DNA of 64,000 bases from Octopus sinensis (GCF_006345805.1 NC_043005.1:98890001-98954000), one strand, 5' to 3'; counted from the stretch's first letter, positions 1-11,765 are shown. Translations and numbers: made by a program. Notes: generated from the letters alone by a model not told the origin.

Positions 1-190
1 GCTGCACAGGTAAGCAGCTGATTTCATAGCCACTTGGTCTCAGGTGCAGTCTCACTGCATGGCACTTCAGGGAAATATTTCTAATATTGCCTTTAGCTAA
101 CTAATGTCTTAGGTGTTAAATTGAAACAGGAAAACTGCATGGAAGCCCGTCATGTATATATATGTATGAGTTTATGTGTGTCTGTGTATA
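1..190 (+). mobile_element. Degenerate CORE-type tRNA SINE (5' end cut by window edge)
   Basis: Diverged similarity to the copies at 10728 and 57629 (ggcac..gggaaa; gaaaactg...gaagcccgtc then TA/TG repeat). Confidence 0.55.
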
Positions 191-370
191 TATATAGTAT
201 GTGTGTATATATGCATGTGTGTATGTATGTGTGTCTATATATATATATATAAGAGGGATGATATTATTAAAATACCATCATAAGTGGCAAGTGAGTATCA
301 GCCATACAGGCAAATTAATAAAATACATGCATACAATATAAGACATGTACTTTATATATATATATATATA

Positions 371-937
371 TATAAACAACTTATAAATAAGGGCAAACGA
401 AAAAATTTCTAATGCCAAATATGCCGAAATAAGACACATTGTCCATAACCATATAATTTACCACAATACACATGCTACTCGATAAAATTTTTACAGAAAT
501 TTTTTTTTTTTTTTTTTTTTCCGAAAAAATTTTATCCTATATTAAATATAAATTTAATAGTGTTCCCTTCCAGACTCCCTTACTCTGTGAGAGTTTCAGT
601 TCGAATCGTACATGTCTTGAATGGGTTGGTGAATTTCTATTTTGGATATATTTGGGGTACTTAGTTGTGCTCATGACTTAGTGTTTGCTTCTTCCATGGG
701 TATGAGTAAGTATTTCATATATTTCTTTTGCCGCATTTATCACTGACGAAGGGAGGGTTCTTACGAACTAACCTTGAAATCGGTCCGATATGGTAATAAC
801 GGAATTTTTTTAGAAATTTCTGTCGACCTTTTTCAAGTAGCATGCGTATTGTGGTAAATTATACGGTTATGGACAATGTTTCTTATTTGGCATTAGAAAT
901 TCTTTCGTTTGCCCTTATTTATTATAAGTTGTTTATA
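371..937 (+). mobile_element. Penelope-like element remnant with inverted terminal duplication (371-487 vs about 831-937)
   Basis: The two ends are reverse complements of about 110 bp with a few substitutions and indels; an HHR-like motif lies between them. Inverted pLTR pieces are typical of PLEs. Confidence 0.7.
738..790 (+). ncRNA. Degenerate minimal type I hammerhead ribozyme motif
   Basis: CTGACGA (743-749), stem II aggg/cctt with inner gttc-ttac-gaac hairpin, GAAA (776-779), GTC (783-785), stem I tatc/gata with one mismatch. Confidence 0.6.
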
Positions 938-1990
938 AATTTAACCTTCTGGACAGTCTCCTTGTTTAAGTTGGTGAATGCTGCCATAGTCCTTACCTTC
1001 AGTTCATCTTTAGTATTACAAGCAGTTTTGTTGGTCTCTCACTCAACTGTACCCCATGCATAATAATCAAGGGGGTTGCGGTCTGGGGAGTTAGGTGACC
1101 AGATGTTAGGGGTGATGTGGTTGCAAAGATTGCCTGACAGCCATGACTGGGTTCTCCTGCTCGTGTGGCATGGTGCACAGTCCTGTTGCCAGACATAGGG
1201 TCTTCTAGCACCTACCCTCTTGACTTGGGGCAACTCTACCTCCTCCAGTCATTTGATGTAGGCCTCCATGTTGTGTCTGAGGCTGTGTGGAAAGATGAAT
1301 GGAGGCATAACATTGCCGTCACTAGTGATCACTCCAAACACCATGATGTTGACTGGATGTTTGATTTTTATCACTTTTGGTACATGTTTTGGAGACATGG
1401 CAAGCCAATGGTTGTTCTGTGTGTTTACCATCTGATCCTGGCAGAAATTTTTCCTGTCTGAAAAAAACCAAAGCATGCTCAGTTGGAGGGGATGCTAGAA
1501 TTTGTTCAAAAGGTCTGTAGCATGGTCTTTGCTCTTGTTCTGGATAGCTTGGGATAAAAACTGGCCCTTTCACATCTTGTATGAGGAATACTGTATGTCT
1601 TTATGCACTACCTTCCTGATAAGAAACTCAGACACTCCCATGTCCCTGGTGATGGACCTGATTGACTTGGAGGGATCATTGACAATCATGACCAGGATCT
1701 CACCAACAAATTCAGGAGTTCTTTTCTTATCAGAACAATCAGAATGAGTTTTCTGAGTTGCTGTACCTTAGTAATCACCATTAGACTCATCTAACTCTTT
1801 CTGAATCCTCTGCACTTTCGTCAAATTGACACCCAAACACCCTGAAATATTCATATTGGAGCTTCCAGCATGAATGCTGAGCAGTACAGCATGTTGTTCC
1901 CAAATTTCTGGCAGAGTGGATTGCTTCATTGTGCTGTTTTTCTCACAGATGGTGCCCGACTGACCCTACTAATACTGTGTAGTCGTCTAG
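938..1990 (-). mobile_element. Decayed Tc1/mariner transposase, maT (DD37D)-like
   Basis: Minus-strand ATG at 1929 (MKQSTLPEIWEQHAVLL...), FFSD(R)KNFCQDQMVNTQN, QQDCAPCHTS, WSPNSPDRNPLDYYAWG; interrupted by stops and frameshifts; TIRs not found. Confidence 0.85.
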
Positions 1991-3214
1991 CAACAGGAAC
2001 AGCGTCCAGCCATAAAAATACTGCCTGAAATAAGTGCCTGTTCAACCTAGGCCAGCATAGAAGAATGGATGTAGAATGAATGTACAAATGTGCTAATGGA
2101 CATAACTCATTGTTTCTATTTAGAGTAACAAATTCAATAACTTATAAAATGTACTTCATTCATAAAGAAGAGATAATGCAATTAACATTACACCACACCC
2201 CATGTGATATAATCTATTTTGTATACACTGTGACGGGAAATATGTAATTAACCTCAAGTTTAGTCACTTTTTTCTCTCAAATTAGTCTTGAATAAATTGT
2301 TTTGTTTCAAACCAAAAAAGAAAGGCAATTTTGAAGACTTTCTCTTTAAAATGGTAATTACCATTCAAATTTTTGGTTCCAAAAGTTCTTTTTCTCTACC
2401 ATTCTCATTTTAATTTCTCTCTCTTCCTCCTGCCATTCACATTAACCATCTTTAGAATTGTTAAATTCTCAATGACTTCTCTTTCATGTCTGGCTAACAT
2501 TAAAGAAAACTCACTTTCTTAGCACCCGCACGCATGCACACAGACAGACACACACACACACTCTTAACCAGAACAATAACAGTATTGATAATTAATTCTT
2601 GAAGTCCTGTAGTGCTTCCTCTGTATAAATCTCTCCACATTGTTAGAAACTAGAGATTTTAATGAAATGCATATAGTCAAATAAAAAGATAACTCCTTCA
2701 TGAATTTGGGTGAAATTTGCTGATGCAATCAATATAATATAGTTTCTATGTGTTGTTGACTTTTACTTACTGTCATTTCCTTTCACCTGCCGAGGCAGGT
2801 TGAAATCAATTAAGTTGATTACACAGAAGTGTTTTCATATATATATTTGCAAGACATCAGCTCCTGGGGTTGCAATTTCCTAATTAAATCGTTAATAAAT
2901 TATCAATAAAAAGTCACTAATAAACAGTATCACTGAATTCTAACTCACTGCTTGAGGTATTAGACACCACTGAGCTCATAAATTAAAGAAAAATCCATAG
3001 AAATTTACTTGAAACAAAAACTAGATGAATTAATAATAAGAAAATAACGAGATCAAGTAGATAGAGTTGGTGCAAAGAGGAAGTCTTTTGATAGGAAGTT
3101 CCTTTCACATGCAAAATGATATTTCATGATTATTCCGGTAATAATGTTAAATATTTACTAAAAAATAGAATTGGTATTATTTTGCAAGTAATGTTGCCTC
3201 AGTAAACTTGACAT

Positions 3215-3709
3215 ATCATCATCATCATCATCGTTTCATGTCCGTTTTCCATGCTAGCATGGGTTGGACGGTTTGACCGGGGTCTGGGAAGCCAGGAGGC
3301 TGCACCAGGCTCCAGTCTGATCCGGCAGTGTTTCTACAGCTAGATGCCCTTCCTAATGCCAACCACTCCGTGAGTGTAGTGGATGCTTTTTACGTGCTAA
3401 GGGAGGCTGGCAACGGCCATGATCAGATGGTGCTTTTTATGTGCCACCTGCACAGGTGCCAGGGGAGGCTGGCAATGGCCACGATTGGTTGGTGCTTTTT
3501 ATGTGCCACCTGCACAGGTATCACAACTACAATTTCCATTTGATTTTTTTTTGATGGTGATATACCTGACTCAATAGGTCTCCTCAAGCACAGCAGGTCA
3601 CCCTCCGATCCAAGGTACTTTGGATGGGCTGGAGCTTCTATGTGAAGCTGGTGCAGGAAACAGCCATGAACTCACGTTGTTTGTTGGGTCTTCGCAGTCA
3701 CAGCATCTC
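3215..3709 (-). mobile_element. 5'-truncated RTE-clade LINE (3' UTR plus (GAT)n tail)
   Basis: Reverse complement of the 3' part of the ORF-bearing copy at 31319-32441. Confidence 0.85.
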
Positions 3710-4161
3710 AATGGAAAATAGTTTCAAAAATGACATTCCTCAGCAAAAGACAGACTGGTATATAAAACTGCTTTCCACAGTTAAGAGTAATGAAATTCTG
3801 TGTAGATATATCTGTTTCCCACAGTGAAAGGGTTAACATGAAATCAAACTTTGTTTTTCGCACAGAATAATGTTTAGTCTCAGTTTTCGATATCCAACTC
3901 CAAAAACTGTTTGAAGCAGTGGATTTGTGCAGTTTAGAACTTGATGACTGTTCTGGATATCTGTAGTGTAGAATTTTAAGAGTTAAAATAATATAGTATC
4001 AGACTAAAGTATTTTACAATATTTAGTTGCATTCTTTTTCTCCAGAGTTCCAATTCTGCCAGAGTTGATAAGAGTTCTTCAACTTTCTGGAATTGATAGA
4101 TTGTTTTTAACACTTTGGTTGATCCACTTAACTTCCATGTAAATTTGTGGATTTCTACCAA
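3710..4161 (-). mobile_element. Decayed hAT (Buster/ZBED5-like) transposase C-terminal fragment
   Basis: Minus peptide KLSG...FQK...LELWRKRMQLN and a degenerate STYLCE.SF-like dimerisation-domain motif near 3720-3770. Confidence 0.5.
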
Positions 4162-4255
4162 TGTGAGATACCCTTATCATCGTTGTTGCCCTCCTGCACC
4201 GTTTTCTCCTTCATTCTATACATTTTTGTCTCTTTGCTTAAGGTTCATTGTAGTG

Positions 4256-4585
4256 ATGGCACGTGGCTCAGTGGCTAGAGTGTTGGGCTCACAACCGTGA
4301 GGTAGTGAGTTTGATTCCTGGGCCAGGCTGTGTATTGTGTTCTTGAGCAAGACACTTTATTTCACGTTGCTCCAGTTCACTCATCTGTAGAAATGAGTTG
4401 TGATGTCCCTGAAGCCAAGCTGTATTGGCCTTCTCCTTGGATAACACTGGTGGTGTAGAACGGGGAGCCTGGTATGCATAGGTGACTGCTGGTCTTCCAT
4501 AAACAACATTGCCCAGACTTGTGCCCGGCAGGGGAACTTTCTAGGTGCAATCCCATGGTCATTGATGACTGAAGGGAGTCTTTAG
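4256..4585 (+). mobile_element. tRNA-derived SINE, CORE-like family
   Basis: A box tggctcagtgg, B box gtttgattcc, core ttgagcaagacactttatttcac. Confidence 0.75.
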
Positions 4586-4775
4586 CCTTTAATCTTGTAG
4601 ATAAGCTTCTTTGCTCTTATGTGTACTGTATATTGTAGATGTTTCATGAGATCATCTTCCTCTTTTCTATGCCCATTCCAAGTTACAGCTTTAATTTTAT
4701 AGTTATTCTGTGTTTTCCATTTCTTTCTGTCTTTCAAGTAATGAAAAGGTGAATAACCAGCTTCAAATGCATGAA

Positions 4776-4788
4776 CACACACATGCAT

Positions 4789-4850
<62 letters not shown>
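4776..4850. repeat. (CA)n microsatellite
   Basis: Direct inspection. Confidence 0.95.
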
Positions 4851-4909
4851 TTTAACATATCTAATGGGTCAGAAAATCTAGTTAGTTGTATAAGACCTAC
4901 AAAAATTTT

Positions 4910-5142
4910 TATTTCTTTATTGCCCACAAGGAGCTAAACATAGAGGGGACAAACAAGGACAGACAAAGGGATTCAGTTGATTACATCGATCTCACTGCGT
5001 AACTGGTACTTAATTTATCGACCTCGGAAGGATGAAAGGCAAAGTCGACCTTGGCGGAATTTGAACCCAGAACATAACGGCAGACGAAATACTGCTTAGC
5101 ATTTTGCCCAGCATGCTAACGTTTCTGCCAGCTCACCGCCTT
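4910..5142 (-). mobile_element. tRNA SINE family A, tail type a
   Basis: Reverse complement of ggcggtgagctggcagaa...gttcaaattcc...gcctttcatcctt..gggtcgataaattaagtaccag...ttgtggg..aagaaata, which recurs more than 10 times in the window. Confidence 0.9.
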
Positions 5143-5535
5143 AAAAAAATGTCAACTGTATGATCTATCATAATTACTATCCTTCATCCAAACACATCCT
5201 TAATATATGACTGCATGTCACAGATTGACCATTCTTGTTAGAGTTGGGAAATACTTCAGTCCATGACAACTATTAAATCCTGCTGCAAAACTTAGGTGAG
5301 CCCTACAGTGGAGTATTATCTTGCATCTGGAACACTGCTCTTGCTGGTACAAACATTCATATATATTATGCTAACAAATATCAGGTGTTACAGTTTGCAC
5401 CTACCCGTGGCAGTGACATGGTGGTTATTACAGCAATTCTAGTTACACTGAAGTAACAATGAATGAACAAGTGTCACTACAGTCATACTTGTCAAGCATT
5501 ACCACACTACTCTGGTCAGACTGACAAATGTCACA

Positions 5536-5697
5536 TACGTTCCGAGTTCAAATTCCGCTGAGGTCGACTTTGTCTTTCATCCTTTCGGGGTCGATAAATT
5601 AAGTACCAGTTACGCACTGGGGTTGATGTAATCGACTTAATCCCTTTGTCTGTCCTTGTTTGTCCCCTCTGTGTTTAGCCCCTTGTGGGTAGTAAAA
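5536..5697 (+). mobile_element. tRNA SINE family A, tail a, 5'-truncated
   Basis: Same core and tail as 4910-5142, opposite orientation. Confidence 0.9.
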
Positions 5698-5836
5698 AAA
5701 AACAACAAAAGTCACATTTATTGTTTCAAGGATAAATATTACCTGTCATATCATGCCACAGAGAAGGAAATCCCAGTAATTACATTTGTGACTTGTAACA
5801 AAACAACCACAGCAACAGCAACAAACAAAGTATTAA

Positions 5837-6057
5837 ACCTTTTGTTACCGTATTTATCTTGAGATGCTCTGTGTTTCTTTCAACTATTTTAAATATAACA
5901 ATGAATTTAGGAAAATAACTTAGTTATTATTAAGCTAGTATTAGGAACATAAATTGTGACTAAGACTTGGTGGAAGATTTTAATTCAAAACTTATGAAAG
6001 CAAGACATTTGTACTACAGAGCCAGGGCCGGTTTCAGTCGGGTTGGTAACGAAAGCG
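5837..6057. mobile_element. piggyBac-type MITE (221 bp)
   Basis: TTAA at 5833-5836 and 6058-6061 flank imperfect TIRs accttttgttacc / ggtaacgaaagcg. Confidence 0.7.
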
Positions 6058-7074
6058 TTAATATGAAATTGTGAGTCAGGACTTCATCACATATTTTCTG
6101 TTTTTATTTATATTGCTCATTATTGCTCATATTTAATCCACATTATTAATTCACAACGAGTATTTCTAATTTTAGAGTTAATATTTTCTCTAATTTATAT
6201 CATGTGGCTGGTTAGGTCTGAAACTGTTATATTTCTGCGTCTATCTTCTGAAGTTACCTTTGTAACTTGTACACATTTGAAGGAAGCAGTATCTATGACT
6301 GTTAGCATGTATCAAGTGTATTTTAATCTGCACTGAGATGTTATTGACCAGATTTCTTGTTGACGTCAACGTTATACTGGAACTAAATCATACAATGGCA
6401 GTGATGCAGTGTTATTGAAATCCCAAACACTTTACTGCTTCTGACAAGGCAAAAAGTTCGTTTACATGATGATGCTGTTGTAGTCTTCAGAATTACTCTA
6501 CAATCACTTGCAAACAGCTTTGTTGAGTGTGTATTTTTTATTTTATTTTATCCTTAATTGTTTGTAATTTTTCCTTGAACTTTTTACCATGTTTTAGCCT
6601 TGTTTTATTTTGTTTTAAATTGTACTTTTTTTTTCTTTCCCTAACTAACTCAAGTTACATATTGGCTGTTTTTGGCAAACAAGTATTGGCTTTTGTAAAA
6701 AAATGAATAAATAAAAGAAAAAATAGAAATCTTGTCTCTCCAGTCAATTGACTGAGACTGAAATGAACAAGCGAGTGACTCCTTGATTAGCTGGTTGTTT
6801 GGTTGGCTTGGCAGCTAGCAAAATAATAAAGTTGCTTTGATAATGCCTATTAAAGAATTGACTTGCTTTTGCTGCATCGTAAGCTGCAGTGAAGGGATGT
6901 CAGGCACCATGTTCAATCAAATGAAACTCCGACCCTTCCAACCTGCCTTCATACAAATAACGTTGCCAATACCAAACACTCTTACTGCTTCTGCTAAGAA
7001 AACTACTCCTGTAATAATAATTGCCACAACACCCTCAACCTGAATAACTATATCTATGTTCTTGTTCTTTCTAA

Positions 7075-7113
7075 TTATATATATATATATATTAGAAGAA
7101 ATGAGGTACTCAG

Positions 7114-7169
<56 letters not shown>

Positions 7170-7330
7170 ATATGTGTGTGGTGTGTGGTGTGTGTGTGTA
7201 TATAGTTCTTATATATATGTATGTATGTATATATTATATATATAGTTTAATAGTATGTATTATATATATATATAGTTCTTATGTATGTATATATATAATA
7301 TATATATTATATATATATAGTTCTTATATG

Positions 7331-7361
<31 letters not shown>

Positions 7362-7436
7362 GTTCTTATATGTATGTATATGTATATAGATATATATATA
7401 TATATAGTCTATATCTATATATATATATATATAGTT

Positions 7437-7471
<35 letters not shown>

Positions 7472-7485
7472 CTTATATATAGTTC
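7075..7485. repeat. (TA)n-based minisatellite with recurring TAGTTCT interruptions
   Basis: About 9 copies of tatagttct(t) separated by variable TA runs. Confidence 0.85.
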
Positions 7486-7667
7486 TAGAAATATCCTAGA
7501 AACAGCTGTAAGACCTTCTATCTATAAATGCTCTAATGTATACACAGCCTGGTTTTTTTTTCATCTTATTACACAAAAAAATTCATATATATATATATAT
7601 ATATATAAAACATTATTGGTGAATTGAAGAAATGGAGCTGAACGCAGATTGAACAGAAATCGTTTTA

Positions 7668-7754
7668 TTTCATTCTACAAGTGTTTCGAAAGGCACAAAT
7701 ACCAAAATCCGATTGAATAATGGGACCATATGTGTCTTTCTCTTCAGGAAGAAA
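7668..7754 (-). ncRNA. Minimal type I hammerhead ribozyme (left arm)
   Basis: Minus strand: tttcttc-CTGAAGA-gaaagacaca...tgtgcctttc-GAAAC-actt-GTA|gaatgaaa. Core intact, 10-bp stem II with one mismatch, stem I with one bulge; predicted cleavage after 7676. Confidence 0.8.
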
Positions 7755-9392
7755 AAAGGAAATCCGTGGAAAAACAAAAACAGAACAGAGGCAGAGCAAA
7801 AAACAAATCGAATGTGCTCCTAAGAGCCCATGGCGAAACTGTTTATCAGTGTATGTGAGGACCGGTGGCTGAAGAATTCAACAGGTCAGGCATCGGTCAA
7901 ACATGTGGGTTAGGGTGTATAGATGTTCTTTGTGACCGAGAATAAAGTTCTGACTATTTAAAGAATATTGGATGTTTTATAAGGGGCGAGAAAAAATCTA
8001 CTTAGAGACGTGTGTGTGTGTATACTGTTCTATATATGTGTGTGTTGGCGTAGGGGTAGAAAACATTTTTTGTGTACGTGTGTGCGTTTGATCGTGTCGG
8101 CTGTCAGTGGCTACTGCCGTGATAACCGTTGGGTGGCAGAAAGAAAAAAAATAAAGAAATTATATATATATATTTTATGTTTTATGTGTGTGTGTGTGTG
8201 TTCATCTAAGCCTACCTTGACAAGGAAACCCCCCGCTGTGAAAAAACAAGCCCCGTTTGTCTTACAGGAGTAATTTCCCTTGCAGTGTTAATTGTAGATA
8301 TCTTAAAATCTATTTCAGAATTTGTTACCAAGGGCTATGGGTGCCGGTCTTATTTATAAACGCTATTTAAAGGCCAGATAAGTGTAACGCCGCCAATGGG
8401 GCATCGAAAAGCCGACTGTAAGAGCCCGTTTACCATCCGGCCTCTGGCAAACAAAATATGAAGAGTTCGGAGACACAAAGGTTGCACTGTCTTCTGCCCT
8501 ATCAAATGGGGGGCCACCGACAAAATGACCATTCCAGCCTATAGCTTAAGTTCGCATCCTTCAGTCGCCTTCAGACTGAAGGATGCGAACTTAAGCTATA
8601 GGCTGGAATGGTCAATTTTGTCGGTGGCCCTCCCATTTGATAGGGGCAGAAGACAGTGCAACCTTTGTGTCTCCGAACTCTTCCATATTTTGTTTGCCAG
8701 AGGCCGGATGGTAAACGGGCTCTTACAGTCGGCTTTCGATGCCCCCATTGGCGGCGTTACACTTATCTGGCCTTTAAATAGCGTTTATAATAAGACCGGC
8801 ACCCATAGCCCTTGGTAACAAATTCTGAAATAGATTTTAAGATATCTACAATTAACCACTGCAAGGGAAATTACTCCTGTAAGACAAACGGGGCTGTTTT
8901 TTCACAGCGGGGGGTTTCCTTGTCAAGGTAGGCTTAGATGAACACACACACACACACATAAAACATAAAATATATATATATAATTTCTTTATTTTTTTTT
9001 CTTTCTGCCACCCAACGGTTATCACGGCAGTAGCCACTGACAGCCGAACCGAACGATCAAACGCACACACGTACACAAAAATGTTTTCTACCCCTACGCC
9101 AACACAACATATATAGAACAGTATACACACACACACGTCTCTAAGTAGATTTTTTCTCGCCCCTTATAAAACATCCAATATTCTTTAAATAGTCAGAACT
9201 TTATTCTCGGTCACAAAGAACATCTATACACCCTAACCCAATGTTTGACCGATGCCTGACCTGTTGAATTCTTCAGCCACCGGTCCTCAAAATACACTGA
9301 TAAACAGTTCGCCATGGGCTCTTAGGAGCACAGTTCGATTTGTTTTTTGCTCTGCCCTGTTCTGTTTTGTTTTTTTCCAACGGATTTCCTTT

Positions 9393-9481
9393 TTTCTTCC
9401 TGAGAGAAAAGACACAATATGGTCCCATTATTCAATCGGATTTTGGTAATTTGTGCCTTTCGAAACACGTGTAGAATGAAA
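9393..9481 (+). ncRNA. Minimal type I hammerhead ribozyme (right arm, sense to RIC1)
   Basis: tttcttc-CTGA(-)GA-gaaaagacaca...tgtgcctttc-GAAAC-acgt-GTA|gaatgaaa. Self-complementary acacgtgt at 9465-9472. The core lacks one A relative to the left arm, possibly a sequencing error. Confidence 0.75.
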
Positions 9482-9681
9482 TAAAACGATTTCTGTTCAA
9501 TCTGCGTTCAGCTCCATTTCTTCATTCACCAATAATGTTTTAATTTCAATTATCCGCACCAACGCACGGTTGCAACGCCAGATGGTTGTACCTCCAACCG
9601 TGCTGTTTCATGCTGTGATTTTGCTACTAGTATCGGTTAAACTTTTGATTAATCTACTACAAGATTATTATCTTTCTATTT

Positions 9682-9728
<47 letters not shown>

Positions 9729-10425
9729 ATATATTATATAGTTCATGAGCAATGTGAAGTGTCTGGGCATCTTCTCCTTCACTTCTCCTTCAATGTCTTC
9801 ATTTCATTTTCTTTTACCAGTCATCCCTTTCCTTTTCTTTTTTAAATATCTCTTTATTTATCTCGTGTATTCCTTACTTTTATTGTGTCTCTAATCCAAG
9901 CTGGATCTCCTTTCCATCTCAACACTTGTGTCTACTTGTTCCACTTGAAAATGTCTTAAGTAGGCAGCTTGCAATCAATGTAAAGATCCTTGGTCAAAAA
10001 TAAGAAATGTGTATGTTTGTGTGTACATGTATGTGTTTATGTGAGTGTAGCGTTACATGTTTCTGGGTATGTGTATCAATACATGTTTCTGTATATGATA
10101 AAAGCAAAGGAAGAACTTGTTCTATGTGTGTGTGTATATGGATGTATACATGAGTGATCTCTCCCACTCTCTCTCTCTCTCTCTCTCTCTCCCCCCCACT
10201 CACAGTAGGAAACTGCTTTTCTTTTAGACGTGTGTTAAATACATAACTGTGTTCTAGTTCATCCTTCTTATCAAGGTTTTTTTATTTTTTATATATTTCC
10301 TTATGAATGTCTTCCAGTTTGTTTGGAACTGTAAGGATCCGAAACCCATTAACGTTTCTTGTCTTTAGTTTTCTTGATGTGATGTTTGTTTTTTATAATT
10401 CTATGGTTATGTCTCATTACTGCTC

Positions 10426-10470
<45 letters not shown>

Positions 10471-10727
10471 GGTGTCAAGAAGGGCATCCAAATGCAGAAA
10501 TCATGCCAAAATAAAACATCTGAGTTAGACATGGTTCCCTTGACTGTGCTTAAGAGGGCAATAATTCTGAATAAGAACTACATCAGGCTGTAATGACCCC
10601 CTCCAACCCATTCCAGTTTAGAAACTGATGTCAGATGACAAGACTGTGTGTGTGAGAGAGAATATGTGTGCATGCATATGTACATGTCCATTTTCATTCA
10701 TTTATGTGTATAAAGATAGATATGAAC

Positions 10728-11090
10728 ATAGGTGCAGGTGTGACTGTGTGATAAGTAACTTGCTTACCAACCACATGGTTCCAGGTTCAGTCCCACTGTG
10801 GGCATCTTAGGCAAGTGTCTTCAACTATAACCTCGGGCCGACCAAGTCTTGTGAGTAGATTTGGTAGACGGAAACTGAAAAGAAGCCTGTCGTATATATA
10901 TATATATTTGTGGGTCTGTGTTTGTCCCCCCTTGACAACCGATGTTGGTGTGTTTACGTCCCTTAACTTAGTGGTTTGGCAAAAGAGACTGATAGAATAA
11001 GTACTAGACTTACAAAGAATATGTCCTGGGGTCTATTTTTTCGACTAAAAGGCATGGCCACTGTCAAATGACTGAAACAAATATAAGAAT
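10728..11090 (+). mobile_element. CORE-type tRNA SINE (family B; resembles the octopus OR2 type as recalled)
   Basis: gactgtgtgataag A-box region, ggttcagtccc B box, cttaggcaagtgtcttc core, internal TA/TG tract, long tail shared with other copies. Confidence 0.85.
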
Positions 11091-11111
11091 ATAATAATGA
11101 TAATGATGATG

Positions 11112-11319
11112 ATAATAATAATCCTTTCTATTATAGGCACAAGGCCTGAAATTTGTGGGCAAGGGACTAGTCAATTACATTAACCCCAGTGTTTCACTGG
11201 TACTTAATCGACCCCCACCCCTCATGGATGAAAGGCAAAGGCAAAGTTGACCTTGGCAGAAGAAATACTGCTTAGCATTTCATCCAGTGATTACAAGGAT
11301 TCTGTAAGCTTGCTGCCTT
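11112..11319 (-). mobile_element. tRNA SINE family A, tail type b with (ATT)n end
   Basis: Same core as family A but tail aaatttcaggccttgtgcc...agaaaggattattatt. Confidence 0.8.
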
Positions 11320-11363
11320 AATGATAAAAATAATAAGAGTAATAGAAGCTAGGTGGCCTGATT

Positions 11364-11405
<42 letters not shown>

Positions 11406-11765
11406 ACAAAGAGAGTAGAAAGTGCCAGGTAACTGACTTTAAATGATGAGCAAGTCAATATGTGAGGTATAGAGAAAATAGCAAGGTACCAGGAACTACA
11501 TTGAGTTACTTAGGCTGTGAAAAGTGTGGGTAAAATGTATCCATGTAGTTATAGGTGCATTAAGAACTTTTCCTAAAGATTTGAACAGGTGAATAGAGGA
11601 AATAGGCATAAGACCTAGTTTGGTGCAGCTAAATTTTTAGGGACAGCTTGGATACTTAGAAAGCCCTTGGCACCTAAGGTTATTTGTTGCAGCCTGATGT
11701 TAGTAATTTGTTTTTGACAGTCTAATGTGTTGTGTGTAAATATAATAATAATAATAATAACAATA
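11406..11765 (+). mobile_element. R4/Dong-like non-LTR retrotransposon 3' fragment (restriction-like endonuclease region) with (TAA)n tail
   Basis: Decayed peptide resembling EK..KYQEL...LW.....V.IGAL.T.PKDL.....EIGIRPSLVQL...GTA.ILRK.L; flanked by (AGT)n and (TAA)n. Confidence 0.7.

Larger units (their letters stand above)
7606..9542. mobile_element. Penelope-like element as a head-to-head palindrome: arms 7606-8566 and 8574-9542, 7-nt spacer; right arm continues as pLTR tail to about 9690
   Basis: Arms are reverse complements. The right arm encodes a PLE GIY-YIG-associated C-terminal segment (RLKDANLSYRLEWSILSVALPFDRGRRQCNLCVSELFHIL...), followed by 3' UTR and an HHR. Confidence 0.9.

Noticed and set aside
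6837-7043. 68-aa ORF and its reverse frame
   Set aside because: No splice-consistent or recognisable protein; not the missing upstream RIC1 exon.
7172-7627. 151-aa ORF and the many similar YI/HT/CV-repeat ORFs in the track (e.g. 4582, 26612, 39671, 44384, 58869)
   Set aside because: Translations of (TA)n and (CA)n microsatellites; no coding signal.
10318-10330. Possible 13-nt micro-exon (ttccag|TTTGTTTGGAACT|gtaagg) upstream of the first visible RIC1 exon
   Set aside because: Splice-like flanks are present, but the length is not a multiple of 3 and I cannot match it to RIC1; needs junction reads.
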